A stretch of 55,355 nt of DNA, taken from the sequence record DRR723986_5248; one strand, 5' to 3'. The number at the start of each line of letters is the position of its first letter. The first letter of the stretch is position 1. Below are positions 38,862 through 47,934 of this stretch, in pieces. The position numbers and the translations under genes were made by a program. Under the pieces are notes generated by a model, which was not told where the DNA came from, made no database searches, and saw only the letters and a program-made list of their open reading frames with translations.

Positions 38862-39401
38862 TTATTTTCTAGTTCGGAAGTTTTGATCATATAAATCGAC
38901 ACTTTCCTGAATAATTCTCATGGCGTCTTCTTTTCCAAGGAAGTCTTCAACTTTCACTTCTTTGTTTTCGAGTTTTTTGTAATCCTCAAAGAATCGGTGA
39001 ACCTCCTTCATCAAGTGTGGAGGAAGATCGTCAATATCATTGATGTAATTCACTGACTGATCACCAGCAGCTACCGCTATAATCTTATCATCAGCTTCAC
39101 CACCATCGACCATTCTCATCACACCAATCACTTTGGCCTCCACTAGACACATTGATGGAATGTCAATTTGAGAAATAATCAAAATATCCAAAGGATCATG
39201 ATCTTCACAGAAAGTTTGTGGAATAAATCCATAGTTTGCTGGGTAATGCACCGCCGAGAAGAGTACGCGATCGAGCATCAGCATTCCAGTCTTCTTGTCT
39301 AGTTCATACTTACCTTTGCTACCTTTTGGTATTTCAATTACACCTGTTACAAATTCAGGGGCATTTTTCCCGATGTTGACGTCATGCCAGGGATTAATCA
39401 T
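38862..39401 (-). CDS. ppa: Inorganic pyrophosphatase (family I)
   Basis: [35 protein letters not shown]. Confidence 0.96.
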   Translation of the reverse strand: MINPWHDVNIGKNAPEFVTGVIEIPKGSKGKYELDKKTGMLMLDRVLFSAVHYPANYGFIPQTFCEDHDPLDILIISQIDIPSMCLVEAKVIGVMRMVDGGEADDKIIAVAAGDQSVNYINDIDDLPPHLMKEVHRFFEDYKKLENKEVKVEDFLGKEDAMRIIQESVDLYDQNFRTRK

Positions 39402-39449
39402 AATATCTTGAATTAGTTAATAAAAAGTGAAGCTTTCACAAAGCCCATG

Positions 39450-39457
39450 CAAAGATA
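39450..39457 (-). promoter_or_regulatory. -7 promoter element (TATCTTTG) of ppa
   Basis: TAnnTTTG consensus about 50 nt upstream of ATG. Confidence 0.6.
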
Positions 39458-39490
39458 CAGTTTAGGACGAAAATGCACAGAAACCGCTCA

Positions 39491-40576
39491 TTATTTCATA
39501 TTTGGCAAAGTGACCTTGAATGTTGCCCCTTCTCCAAATACCGAAGTTAGAACTACCTTTCCTCCCATTTGCTCTACTGCTTCCTTCACCATGTAGAGAC
39601 CTAGTCCAGTTCCTACATTTTTTTGAGTCGCACGGGTAAATAAATTAAAAACATCTGAGCGATGCTTTTCCTCTATGCCGATACCATTATCTGAAAGCGT
39701 GATGGTAGCGAGATTTTCTTCCACTTCAATACTCAAACTTATCTTGTTATCAATTTGATCTCCTTTCTGGAATTGAACCGAATTGCTAAATAAGTTATTG
39801 AGGATAACCCGGATTTTCGCATCATCTGAATAAAAAGGACTAGATTGATTAATTTGGACATCAAGCTGGATATGGTCAATAGGAAACTTAGCCCTGTAAG
39901 CAACAAGCTGTTGCTCAACAACTTGCCCAAAATTAATCTCAGAGATTTTATTATCAATCTTCGTTGACCTATAGAAATCAAGCATTTTATAGATATAATC
40001 GTCCAACTTGCCAGTTGCACTATCTATCATATCAAAATACTCGGCCGCAGCAGGATCTTTAAGCTCCATTTTTGCCAACTTAGAGACACCAGAAATACTC
40101 ATCAGCGGACCTCTTAATTCGTGTGACAAGCTGTAAACAAATTGATTCATCTCTGAATGAAGCTTTTTTAGCTTTATGTTCTTTTCTTTAAGCTCACGCC
40201 TCATAAAATAAATATCGGCAGCATTCTTTATCGAATTTTTAATCTGCTCAATATTCCAAGGTTTATCAATAAAACGATAAACTTCACCCTTGTTGATTGC
40301 ATCGATAACAGAAGCTATATCGGAATAGCCGGTCAGCAAAATTCGGATTGGATCAGGATTGAACTTTACCAACTCTTCAAAAAATTCTGTCCCAGTCATC
40401 CCGGGCATTCTTTGATCAGCAATAACCACATGGATTTCTTCTTCTCTGGCGATTTTCAACCCTTCATCAGCATCTATTGCTGTAAAAATTTTAAAGTCCT
40501 TTCTTAAAGTAGCTCTGAAAGACTTTAAATTATTGTCTTCATCATCTATATAAAGGACATGGATTTTATCATTCAT
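39491..40576 (-). CDS. Cytoplasmic hybrid response regulator-histidine kinase (REC-HisKA-HATPase)
   Basis: YIDDE..ADQRMPG REC; SLSHELRGP H-box; NLFSNS, DNGIGI, GTGLGL. Confidence 0.92.
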   Translation of the reverse strand: MNDKIHVLYIDDEDNNLKSFRATLRKDFKIFTAIDADEGLKIAREEEIHVVIADQRMPGMTGTEFFEELVKFNPDPIRILLTGYSDIASVIDAINKGEVYRFIDKPWNIEQIKNSIKNAADIYFMRRELKEKNIKLKKLHSEMNQFVYSLSHELRGPLMSISGVSKLAKMELKDPAAAEYFDMIDSATGKLDDYIYKMLDFYRSTKIDNKISEINFGQVVEQQLVAYRAKFPIDHIQLDVQINQSSPFYSDDAKIRVILNNLFSNSVQFQKGDQIDNKISLSIEVEENLATITLSDNGIGIEEKHRSDVFNLFTRATQKNVGTGLGLYMVKEAVEQMGGKVVLTSVFGEGATFKVTLPNMK

Positions 40577-42668
40577 AGCGTTGAGAGCTTTGGTAAATAG
40601 GAAGTGTTATTTTAAATGTAGTCCCCTGGCCCTCTTCCGTAATTACTTCCAGCGTTCCTTTGTGATTTTCAATAATAGAGTAAACAATTGAAAGCCCCAA
40701 ACCTGTACCTTTACCGACTGCCTTTGTGGTAAAGAAAGGTTCAAATATTCGTTGTTTTACATTATCAGGCATACCTGGCCCATTATCTATAATTTCTATA
40801 GTTATAAAATCCTCCAATGACCTCGTTCTAAGTTCAATCTTAGGGTCAACAATCGTATCAATATGATCGGCTAGGGCATGAACAGCATTGTTGATAATAT
40901 TCATGAAAACCTGGTTGATTTTACCTGCCAAGCATTCTACCAATGGAAGCTCACCGAAGTCACGAACAATTCGGATTTTCGTGGGCATAGTACTATTTAA
41001 TAGGATAATTGTACTGTTGATCCCATCATGTACGTCCACTTTTTTCATATCCTGCTCATCCACCCGTGAGAACAGCCGGAGACCTTTCACAATTTCCACT
41101 GTCCTTTTTGCCCCATCATCCATACCTTTCAGCAATTGGTCAACTTCATCGAGCACGTATTCCAACTCAAGATCTTCTTCAAGCTGCTTTGCTTCTTGCT
41201 GCGATTCTGGAGTAAACTCCCTCGCACCGGTAGTTCTATAGAACTCAATCACTTCCATAATATCCTTAATATCCCGCTTGAGAGGCATGATATTAGAACT
41301 CACAAAGTTGATCGGGTTATTGATTTCATGAGCAATACCAGCTGTCAGCTGACCTAAAGAAGCCATTTTTTCTTGATTTACCAGCTGGCTTTGCGTATTC
41401 TGAAGATTTCGAAGTGCCTGTTCTAATTCATCAGTTCTGATTTTGACCTTGTCTTCCAGCATGACGTTTTGCTCACGTACTAACTGTTCATTTTTTGCAA
41501 GTATGAGTAGGCGTTCAGCTTGTTCTTTTTCCTTTTCTTTCTTTAGAATATTTATTTTATCAGCAAGAGCAAATGATAGTAAGAGTGCTTCGAATACAGA
41601 GCCAAAGGTGAACACATAGCTAGTGAAGAAGCTATTAGGTAATATGTTTAAGTCCCCAAGTAAGAATACAATCATACTGCAGATCAATAATGACCAAGAA
41701 ATCAAAAAGAATTTTGCAGGTCTATATCCTCTGGCAAGGCTGTAGGACGATATAAACAGTAAGTAAAATGGCACAATGCCCAAGAAAACCTGTAAAAATC
41801 TAAACTTCAATTGGCCTATACCAAAATCAAATAAAAAGGCTGATAATATGAATACATAAACAACTATTATACTTACTCCAATGGCATATAATTTTTTGTT
41901 AAATACTTTAGTTTTCAGAAAGCTTAATGAGTAAAATATCCCAACAATATTCACTAATGCAGTGCTGATGTAAAAACCATATTCTTTCAGAAAAACACTA
42001 GATGGCCATACAAACGCATCAACATATCCCCCTAATATTCCTTGAGTTACACCGACAAAAAATATGTAGGTGATATATAACCCATATAAATTATCCCTTG
42101 TAGAAATCCATAGGAAGAGATTGTAAAAGAACATCGCCAATATAATCCCAAAGTAGATCCCAAAAATAAGATTCCGCTCGTCTAAAGTCAGGTAATTTTT
42201 GGTGTCGGTATTTAAGCTTATTGGAACATTTACATTACCGAAGCTCTTCACTTTTACATTGTAGGTCAATGACTTATCTTCTGAAATATCCGCAAAATTA
42301 AAAAGAGAATTAAAGTCCTGATCTGCTACATTAACTCTTCCCATTTTCTTCACCAAGACTCCTTCAGCATTGTAAACTTCAATCTCATTGAGCATAGGAT
42401 TACTAAGAGAAAGAATTTGCTTCCCTGAATTCTTTGGTACTTCTGTGAGCACTACGCGTATCCAAAAACTAGCATCAGAATACCCTAACGACAAGAATTC
42501 GCCTTCGGAATTCTCAAGGCTTGAGTTTGGCAAAGCTATAAAATCCTCAACACTATTAACCCCCTGATTTTCAGAGACCCAGCCTATAAATTCAAATTGA
42601 TTCTTGGATTGCTCCTTGCAAGAAGACAGTAAGACTAATGCTAAAAAAAAGTATAAATATTTTATCAT
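40569..42668 (-). CDS. 7TM-DISM sensor histidine kinase
   Basis: Extracellular LGYSDASFWIR domain; 7 TM starting GIYFGIILAMFFYNLFL and ending EALLLSFALADKI; MASLGQLTAGIAHEINNP H-box; PFFTTK..GTGLGL. Confidence 0.92.
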   Translation of the reverse strand: MIKYLYFFLALVLLSSCKEQSKNQFEFIGWVSENQGVNSVEDFIALPNSSLENSEGEFLSLGYSDASFWIRVVLTEVPKNSGKQILSLSNPMLNEIEVYNAEGVLVKKMGRVNVADQDFNSLFNFADISEDKSLTYNVKVKSFGNVNVPISLNTDTKNYLTLDERNLIFGIYFGIILAMFFYNLFLWISTRDNLYGLYITYIFFVGVTQGILGGYVDAFVWPSSVFLKEYGFYISTALVNIVGIFYSLSFLKTKVFNKKLYAIGVSIIVVYVFILSAFLFDFGIGQLKFRFLQVFLGIVPFYLLFISSYSLARGYRPAKFFLISWSLLICSMIVFLLGDLNILPNSFFTSYVFTFGSVFEALLLSFALADKINILKKEKEKEQAERLLILAKNEQLVREQNVMLEDKVKIRTDELEQALRNLQNTQSQLVNQEKMASLGQLTAGIAHEINNPINFVSSNIMPLKRDIKDIMEVIEFYRTTGAREFTPESQQEAKQLEEDLELEYVLDEVDQLLKGMDDGAKRTVEIVKGLRLFSRVDEQDMKKVDVHDGINSTIILLNSTMPTKIRIVRDFGELPLVECLAGKINQVFMNIINNAVHALADHIDTIVDPKIELRTRSLEDFITIEIIDNGPGMPDNVKQRIFEPFFTTKAVGKGTGLGLSIVYSIIENHKGTLEVITEEGQGTTFKITLPIYQSSQRYE

Positions 42669-43351
42669 TGTACATAGGATGTATAAGTCAATTTAATTTC
42701 TCTCCCTCTATAATTTTCTTCTATCACAAGGGTGTCGTTATCTCTGATTTTAAAAATAGAATCTCTATGTTCCTGAGTAGTCATAGGCAAATTTTCAGAA
42801 TCATACATTTTCATAGCCGTAGCTATCAAATCCAATTTTGGATAGTAAAAAGTACCGTTGTTCCCAACTTGAGTTAAAATTTCATAGCCCATTTCTAATC
42901 CAAGTTTAACTGTCACCGGAGCGAATAATGCATATAAGGAAGTAAGATTAAGCTTTGGAGTAAGCGCTAAGCAAGCTTTGGACATAAAAATTGCCCCTAT
43001 ACCAAGACCGGTGATTTTTCTTGAATTCCACATTCCACATATTTCACCGGTTCCCGCATCAATATCCTTTTCTATTACATCTTTGATACTGCTGTCTAAA
43101 TCCTCAATTGCTTCTACCATTGGTAATGGAAAATCTGCGTTAGCACGGTGAATTCTCGCGCCTCCATAGATTAAACCATCTTCATCTGACTCCACTATGA
43201 CCACGATGACGTCAGGATTTTTCACCCAACTATTATTAGCAGAAGTCACTTTCTTTACTCCAATACTTTCCAGTACCTGCCTATGTCCTTCTATGAACTT
43301 CTGACACCGTTCGGGATCATTAATTGCTCTAAATGCTATTAATTTGAACAT
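42665..43351 (-). CDS. Putative GNAT-fold acyltransferase (LuxI/FeeM N-acyl amino acid synthase-like)
   Basis: Beta-strand VVIVE..GGARI, LP, then GEICGMW, G.GIG pattern resembling LuxI/FeeM; operonic with ThiF-nitroreductase. Confidence 0.55.
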   Translation of the reverse strand: MFKLIAFRAINDPERCQKFIEGHRQVLESIGVKKVTSANNSWVKNPDVIVVIVESDEDGLIYGGARIHRANADFPLPMVEAIEDLDSSIKDVIEKDIDAGTGEICGMWNSRKITGLGIGAIFMSKACLALTPKLNLTSLYALFAPVTVKLGLEMGYEILTQVGNNGTFYYPKLDLIATAMKMYDSENLPMTTQEHRDSIFKIRDNDTLVIEENYRGREIKLTYTSYVQ

Positions 43352-43356
43352 CCCGG

Positions 43357-45624
43357 TTACAGTAAAATCAAACTAGCTGAAACATCTCTTCTAAATGCTC
43401 TCATTGATGGCTCGCCCGCTTTATTAATCCTCACCATAAACACCTCTTGCTTGCTTAAGCCTCTATTGAAAATTTGGTTAAGGTCATTTTTAAACTGTTG
43501 AATCATCCCCTTTTCATTCTCTGAAAAACCGGTTGTTTTTTCCCTTAATACTCTATGAAAAATAAAAAGAGAAGATGAAATCGGCTGAAAACTATAGCCG
43601 GATAAATTAGCTTTTATCCAGACTCTTTGAATTGCTGCCCCTGCTTTGAGAAAGGCGCTTGGTGTATATTCATCCGCAGTAAACATAAGCACTGCTGATG
43701 CAGATAGTATAGTCTGATCAGAAATCTTAGTTAACCCATAGCCTAAATCATTTTTCCTAAAAAACTCAATGGTTCCAGGATCACGAACTAGCCCTACTGC
43801 TGCACGCTCTGAATTCCCCATTTCAAGTGTGGCAATATCAATCCCGTCTTTCGTTTCCAACGCTTCTTCTGCCGACCATCTTATTTCACTTATAAAATCT
43901 TTATAGCCTTGATCATGAAGTAGCCTTAGACGATCCATTCCCCCTACTATAGGAGTCAGTGCTCTTAGTTGCTCAAGGCCATCAATGATTTCTAAGCTAA
44001 CACCATCTGAAGTAGCAATATTTTTAAATTCGTCAAGTGTCTGCTTTTCTAAAGGCACTCGCTCAGCATTTTTACGATTTGTACATCGCATAGAAATGCC
44101 CGCTACTAAATCCCCGTTCAAAATAGAAATCGGATCTTCTGATCTTGAATCAAACACAATGGAGGCGATAAGTTCCTCTTCAAAATTTTGAATATGCTGA
44201 TGGATGGTCAGCTCTATACCCATAGAAGCTGCCACAAGTCTAAAATTCTGTAATGCAGCCCCAAATGCCAACAAGGATCCAGTGCCTAGGTAATCAAGTA
44301 AAGATTCACTTTTAGATTTATCATGAAGTAGGTGGAGGACGCCACCTTGATCAAATATCCATTTCCAAGGCTGACTATTCCCTCCTGAAGGAGCTGTATT
44401 GGCTTTTTCTATTAAAAAAAATAAATCCTGATGAGAAATCTTATAGTTTGAAACGTATCTGTCCTTTGGTAATAGGTCTATAAAGTACTTGTCTGTCTTT
44501 GGGGTGTTGGTAGGTTCAGGTTTAGCCTTTTCGCTTTTGCTTAATACTAGCTCATCCAAATCGACGTAATACCTACCAGATTCTACATTTTCCCCTAACA
44601 ACACTTTTCTAGAAGCATTTGCCACCGTAGCACCCCCCAAATACACAGCAGAAGCTAACTGTGGCCAAGATGAAATTGACTGACTTAGCTCTAGCAAAGA
44701 AACCTTCATTCGTGTGGAAATGGTGTTTAGTCCGATAATCTTCAATCCAACTGGGACTTTTTGCTGACTTGTTAAGTTTTTTAAATCCGAAAAATTAAAA
44801 TCTCCTAACAGGCCATGAAAAATTTCACGGGATGGCTCCCGATCAAATCTTTCAACATCCAACATTCCACGGTCTGAAGTTTCCATCAAAACAGGAATCC
44901 TTTTAGCCTTAGCTCTTTCTCTTGCCAGCACCTTGATATCCAGGCTATCACATTCGTCAATCAGTAAGTCTAAATCCCCTCCATTCGAAAGAAAATCATC
45001 AATATTATCCTCGTTTACACCATTTCTATACAAGGTGATTTTGAGATACGGATCTATTTCGAAAATCTCTCTCGCCGCCAAAACAACCTTCTCAATCCCC
45101 AAATCCAAAACTCCGGCTTTGATCCTATTGAGATTACTCAACTCCAACGTGTCAAAATCTGCCAACCTTAATTCACCACAACCTCTTTCCAAGGCTATGG
45201 TCACAGCGATGCTCCTCCCTACAGATAGTCCAATTAATCCAATTTTCTTTTTTCTGAGCTCTTGCTGCTCTTTGGTAGTGATTTTATAATTGTTACGCTG
45301 AGTTCTTACTTTAATAAAATCCTCTTCGGGAAGAAGTCTGACCAAAGCCTTTTTCCAAGGAAAGTAAACCCAATTACCATAGCTTTCCCTATCTCGTTCA
45401 ACAAAAAACTGAATCACTAGTGAGGACAATTCGGCCTCCGTAAATGATTTAGAAGGATTGTTGGCCTTAATCAACTCACTTACCTGATCTTCCAATAAGT
45501 CAATTATTGTGATTTGAGGACTATCATACAACTCTCTAAAAATTAAAGAATCCGAAAAATCTGAAGGCGTAAAGATTAACGGAAACACTTGGTCATCAAG
45601 ATGGAACTGTGTACTACTTAACAT
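43357..45624 (-). CDS. ThiF-nitroreductase di-domain enzyme (Rv1355c/OxzB-like)
   Basis: WVYFPW, IGLSVG, ADFDTLELSNLNR, DECDS, DRGMLDVERFD (ThiF); APSGGNSQPW, RCTNRK (nitroreductase). Confidence 0.88.
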   Translation of the reverse strand: MLSSTQFHLDDQVFPLIFTPSDFSDSLIFRELYDSPQITIIDLLEDQVSELIKANNPSKSFTEAELSSLVIQFFVERDRESYGNWVYFPWKKALVRLLPEEDFIKVRTQRNNYKITTKEQQELRKKKIGLIGLSVGRSIAVTIALERGCGELRLADFDTLELSNLNRIKAGVLDLGIEKVVLAAREIFEIDPYLKITLYRNGVNEDNIDDFLSNGGDLDLLIDECDSLDIKVLARERAKAKRIPVLMETSDRGMLDVERFDREPSREIFHGLLGDFNFSDLKNLTSQQKVPVGLKIIGLNTISTRMKVSLLELSQSISSWPQLASAVYLGGATVANASRKVLLGENVESGRYYVDLDELVLSKSEKAKPEPTNTPKTDKYFIDLLPKDRYVSNYKISHQDLFFLIEKANTAPSGGNSQPWKWIFDQGGVLHLLHDKSKSESLLDYLGTGSLLAFGAALQNFRLVAASMGIELTIHQHIQNFEEELIASIVFDSRSEDPISILNGDLVAGISMRCTNRKNAERVPLEKQTLDEFKNIATSDGVSLEIIDGLEQLRALTPIVGGMDRLRLLHDQGYKDFISEIRWSAEEALETKDGIDIATLEMGNSERAAVGLVRDPGTIEFFRKNDLGYGLTKISDQTILSASAVLMFTADEYTPSAFLKAGAAIQRVWIKANLSGYSFQPISSSLFIFHRVLREKTTGFSENEKGMIQQFKNDLNQIFNRGLSKQEVFMVRINKAGEPSMRAFRRDVSASLILL

Positions 45625-45818
45625 TTTGTATTATCGGGGGTGATAAATTGAAGTAAAGTTAATTTTTTCAACTATAAGTCCAATTTTTTAATACTCTTTA
45701 TAGGGTATCTTTTTATATTGGTTATTGAAAATTCCTAGAAAACAATTTTCATTAGTTATTTTTATAAAAAAACACTGTTTAATTGTAACGTATCGATTGT
45801 TTTAGACAAATTTGTTGA

Positions 45819-46292
45819 ATGGAAACTAAGCCTCAAGAAAAAATTAAAATCCTCTATGTCGATGATGAAGAAAATAACCTTCAGGCATTCAAGGCTACTT
45901 TTAGAAGAGATTACCAAATTTTTCTAGCAATTGATGCTACAGTAGCTAGAGAAGTTCTATCGAAGCAGGAAGTTGACATAATTATCACGGATCAAAGAAT
46001 GCCTGGGGAAACTGGCGTGGAATTTCTGGAATCTATTATTCCTATTTACCCTAACCCCATAAGAATACTATTGACTGGCTATACTGACATCCAAGCCGTA
46101 ATTGATGCTATTAACAAGGGACAGGTTTATCATTATCTGACAAAACCTTGGGAGGAAGATTACCTCAGGACAGTAATTAAAAACGCATTTGAGATATATC
46201 AGCTTCGCAGGGAAAACGAAAAATTAACTAAAGCATTGATTAAGGCAAATGATCAATTAGAATTTATTTTAAGACAGAACCTACTGTCTTGA
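45819..46292 (+). CDS. Single-domain response regulator with C-terminal coiled coil
   Basis: YVDDE, TDQRMPG, LLTGY, KPW; no DNA-binding domain. Confidence 0.92.
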   Translation: METKPQEKIKILYVDDEENNLQAFKATFRRDYQIFLAIDATVAREVLSKQEVDIIITDQRMPGETGVEFLESIIPIYPNPIRILLTGYTDIQAVIDAINKGQVYHYLTKPWEEDYLRTVIKNAFEIYQLRRENEKLTKALIKANDQLEFILRQNLLS

Positions 46293-46293
46293 G

Positions 46294-47505
46294 TTAATAC
46301 CTTGCAGCTAGTAACAATTGTAGCTCTTTGTGGCTCATTCCAAATTTCCTTCCCAGATAGGCATTTGTAAGACTTCCTCTGTAGGTATACACCCCTCTCA
46401 AGAACCATTTATAATTGAATATCATTTCTTCAGCCCCACCTAGATCAGCCATCTGAAGTATAAGTGGAGTGAAGATGTTACTCAAGGAATAGGACGCAGT
46501 TCTTGCTACTCTAGAAGCAATATTCGGAACACAATAATGAATAATATCATGAACCTCGTAAACAGGTTCGTCATGTGAAGTCATTCTGCCCGTTTCGATA
46601 CAACCTCCTTGATCTATGGCTACATCTATAATAATACTACCATGCATCATGTTGGCGACCATTTCTTCGGAGACCACGATTTTATTTCGACCTTTTTCAG
46701 CACGTAATGCACCGATTACCACATCTGCCTCCGAAAGCGCTTGATTTAAGCTAAAATTATCAATGGTAGAAGTGTAAATCTGCTGACCGAGCAATTGCTT
46801 AAGTCTTCTTAATTTATAGATATGGTTGTCGAAAACTTTGATATTAGCTCCTAATCCCAAGGCTGTTCTAGCGGCATATTCAGCCACTGTGCCCGCGCCT
46901 ATGATTACTACTTGAGTTGGTGGCACTCCAGTGACGCCCCCCATAATTAATCCTTTGCCGCTATTTTCGCTAGAAAGATACTCTGCAGCTATTAGCATCA
47001 CCGTACTTCCGGCGATCTCCGACATAGCACGCACTACTGGCATTCCTCCTACTTTATCCTCTAAGTATTCGAATGCTACTGCTGTTATTTTCTTTTCGTT
47101 CAGCTTCTGAATAAATTCCTGACTTTGTCTTTCCAGCTGTAGAGCTGATATAAGGCAGCTACCAGTAGTCATGTAGCTCAACTCTTCTTCTGTTGGCGGA
47201 TCTATCTTTAAAACCACCTGTGATTCGAAAACCTCTTTTTTTGAACTGGTGACTTTCGCTCCGGCATCAGAAAAATCCTGGTCGGAAAACTTTGATTGTA
47301 AGCCAGCGCCTGCCTCCACTACAACGCTAATCCCATTATTAGTAAGTAAGCCTACAGATTCTGGGGTTATGACTACGCGCTTTTCCTGTGTAGAAACTTC
47401 TTTTGGCAAACCTATAACCAAGGAGTAGTCTCTTTTTTTCACCTTGGCAGGCGATTCCTTCGGTATCAGCCCTACAGCAGTAAGTTGATCGATTTCAGCT
47501 GGCAT
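46294..47505 (-). CDS. ald: Alanine dehydrogenase
   Basis: GLPKE..EKRV, MSEIAG, IGAGTVA, DVAIDQGGCIET, HYCVPNI. Confidence 0.88.
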   Translation of the reverse strand: MPAEIDQLTAVGLIPKESPAKVKKRDYSLVIGLPKEVSTQEKRVVITPESVGLLTNNGISVVVEAGAGLQSKFSDQDFSDAGAKVTSSKKEVFESQVVLKIDPPTEEELSYMTTGSCLISALQLERQSQEFIQKLNEKKITAVAFEYLEDKVGGMPVVRAMSEIAGSTVMLIAAEYLSSENSGKGLIMGGVTGVPPTQVVIIGAGTVAEYAARTALGLGANIKVFDNHIYKLRRLKQLLGQQIYTSTIDNFSLNQALSEADVVIGALRAEKGRNKIVVSEEMVANMMHGSIIIDVAIDQGGCIETGRMTSHDEPVYEVHDIIHYCVPNIASRVARTASYSLSNIFTPLILQMADLGGAEEMIFNYKWFLRGVYTYRGSLTNAYLGRKFGMSHKELQLLLAARY

Positions 47506-47926
47506 CTTGAATATGTTGAAAGTTCAGGGTTCGTTTTGTGTCGGATTCATTGATGATCCGAATGAGGAAAAATTTCTCAGGCAAAAATGCAGCAACTTTC
47601 TCTGCCCATTCTAACCAGCAATAATTTCCACTATAAAAATACTCTTCTATTCCGATATCCAAGGCTTCTGTAGCATCATCCATTCTATAAAAATCAAAGT
47701 GGTAAAATATTTCACCAACTTGATTTTCATAGTGATTTACTATTCCAAAAGTAGGACTACTGACTTGATCTAGGATGGAATATGATTTGGACAGCGCTTT
47801 GATAAGAGTGGTTTTACCCGCTCCCATATCACCCTGAAACACCCACACTTTTTCATCAGAAGCGGCTTCAATAACAGCTGAAGCTGCTTTTCCTATCTCA
47901 TCTAGCTCGTATGTAAACTGGGTCAA
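47495..47926 (-). CDS. tsaE: tRNA threonylcarbamoyladenosine biosynthesis ATPase
   Basis: GDMGAGKTT, VSSPTF, YHFDFYR, LEWAE; TTG start. Confidence 0.95.
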   Translation of the reverse strand: MTQFTYELDEIGKAASAVIEAASDEKVWVFQGDMGAGKTTLIKALSKSYSILDQVSSPTFGIVNHYENQVGEIFYHFDFYRMDDATEALDIGIEEYFYSGNYCWLEWAEKVAAFLPEKFFLIRIINESDTKRTLNFQHIQDAS

Positions 47927-47934
47927 ATGCTCAA

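Noticed and set aside
43357-45624. ThiF protein as a CBASS/ubiquitin-like E1 or a RiPP cyclodehydratase
   Set aside because: No E2, JAB, cyclase, YcaO or precursor peptide is nearby. The fused nitroreductase and acyltransferase neighbour fit the OxzB/Rv1355c type.
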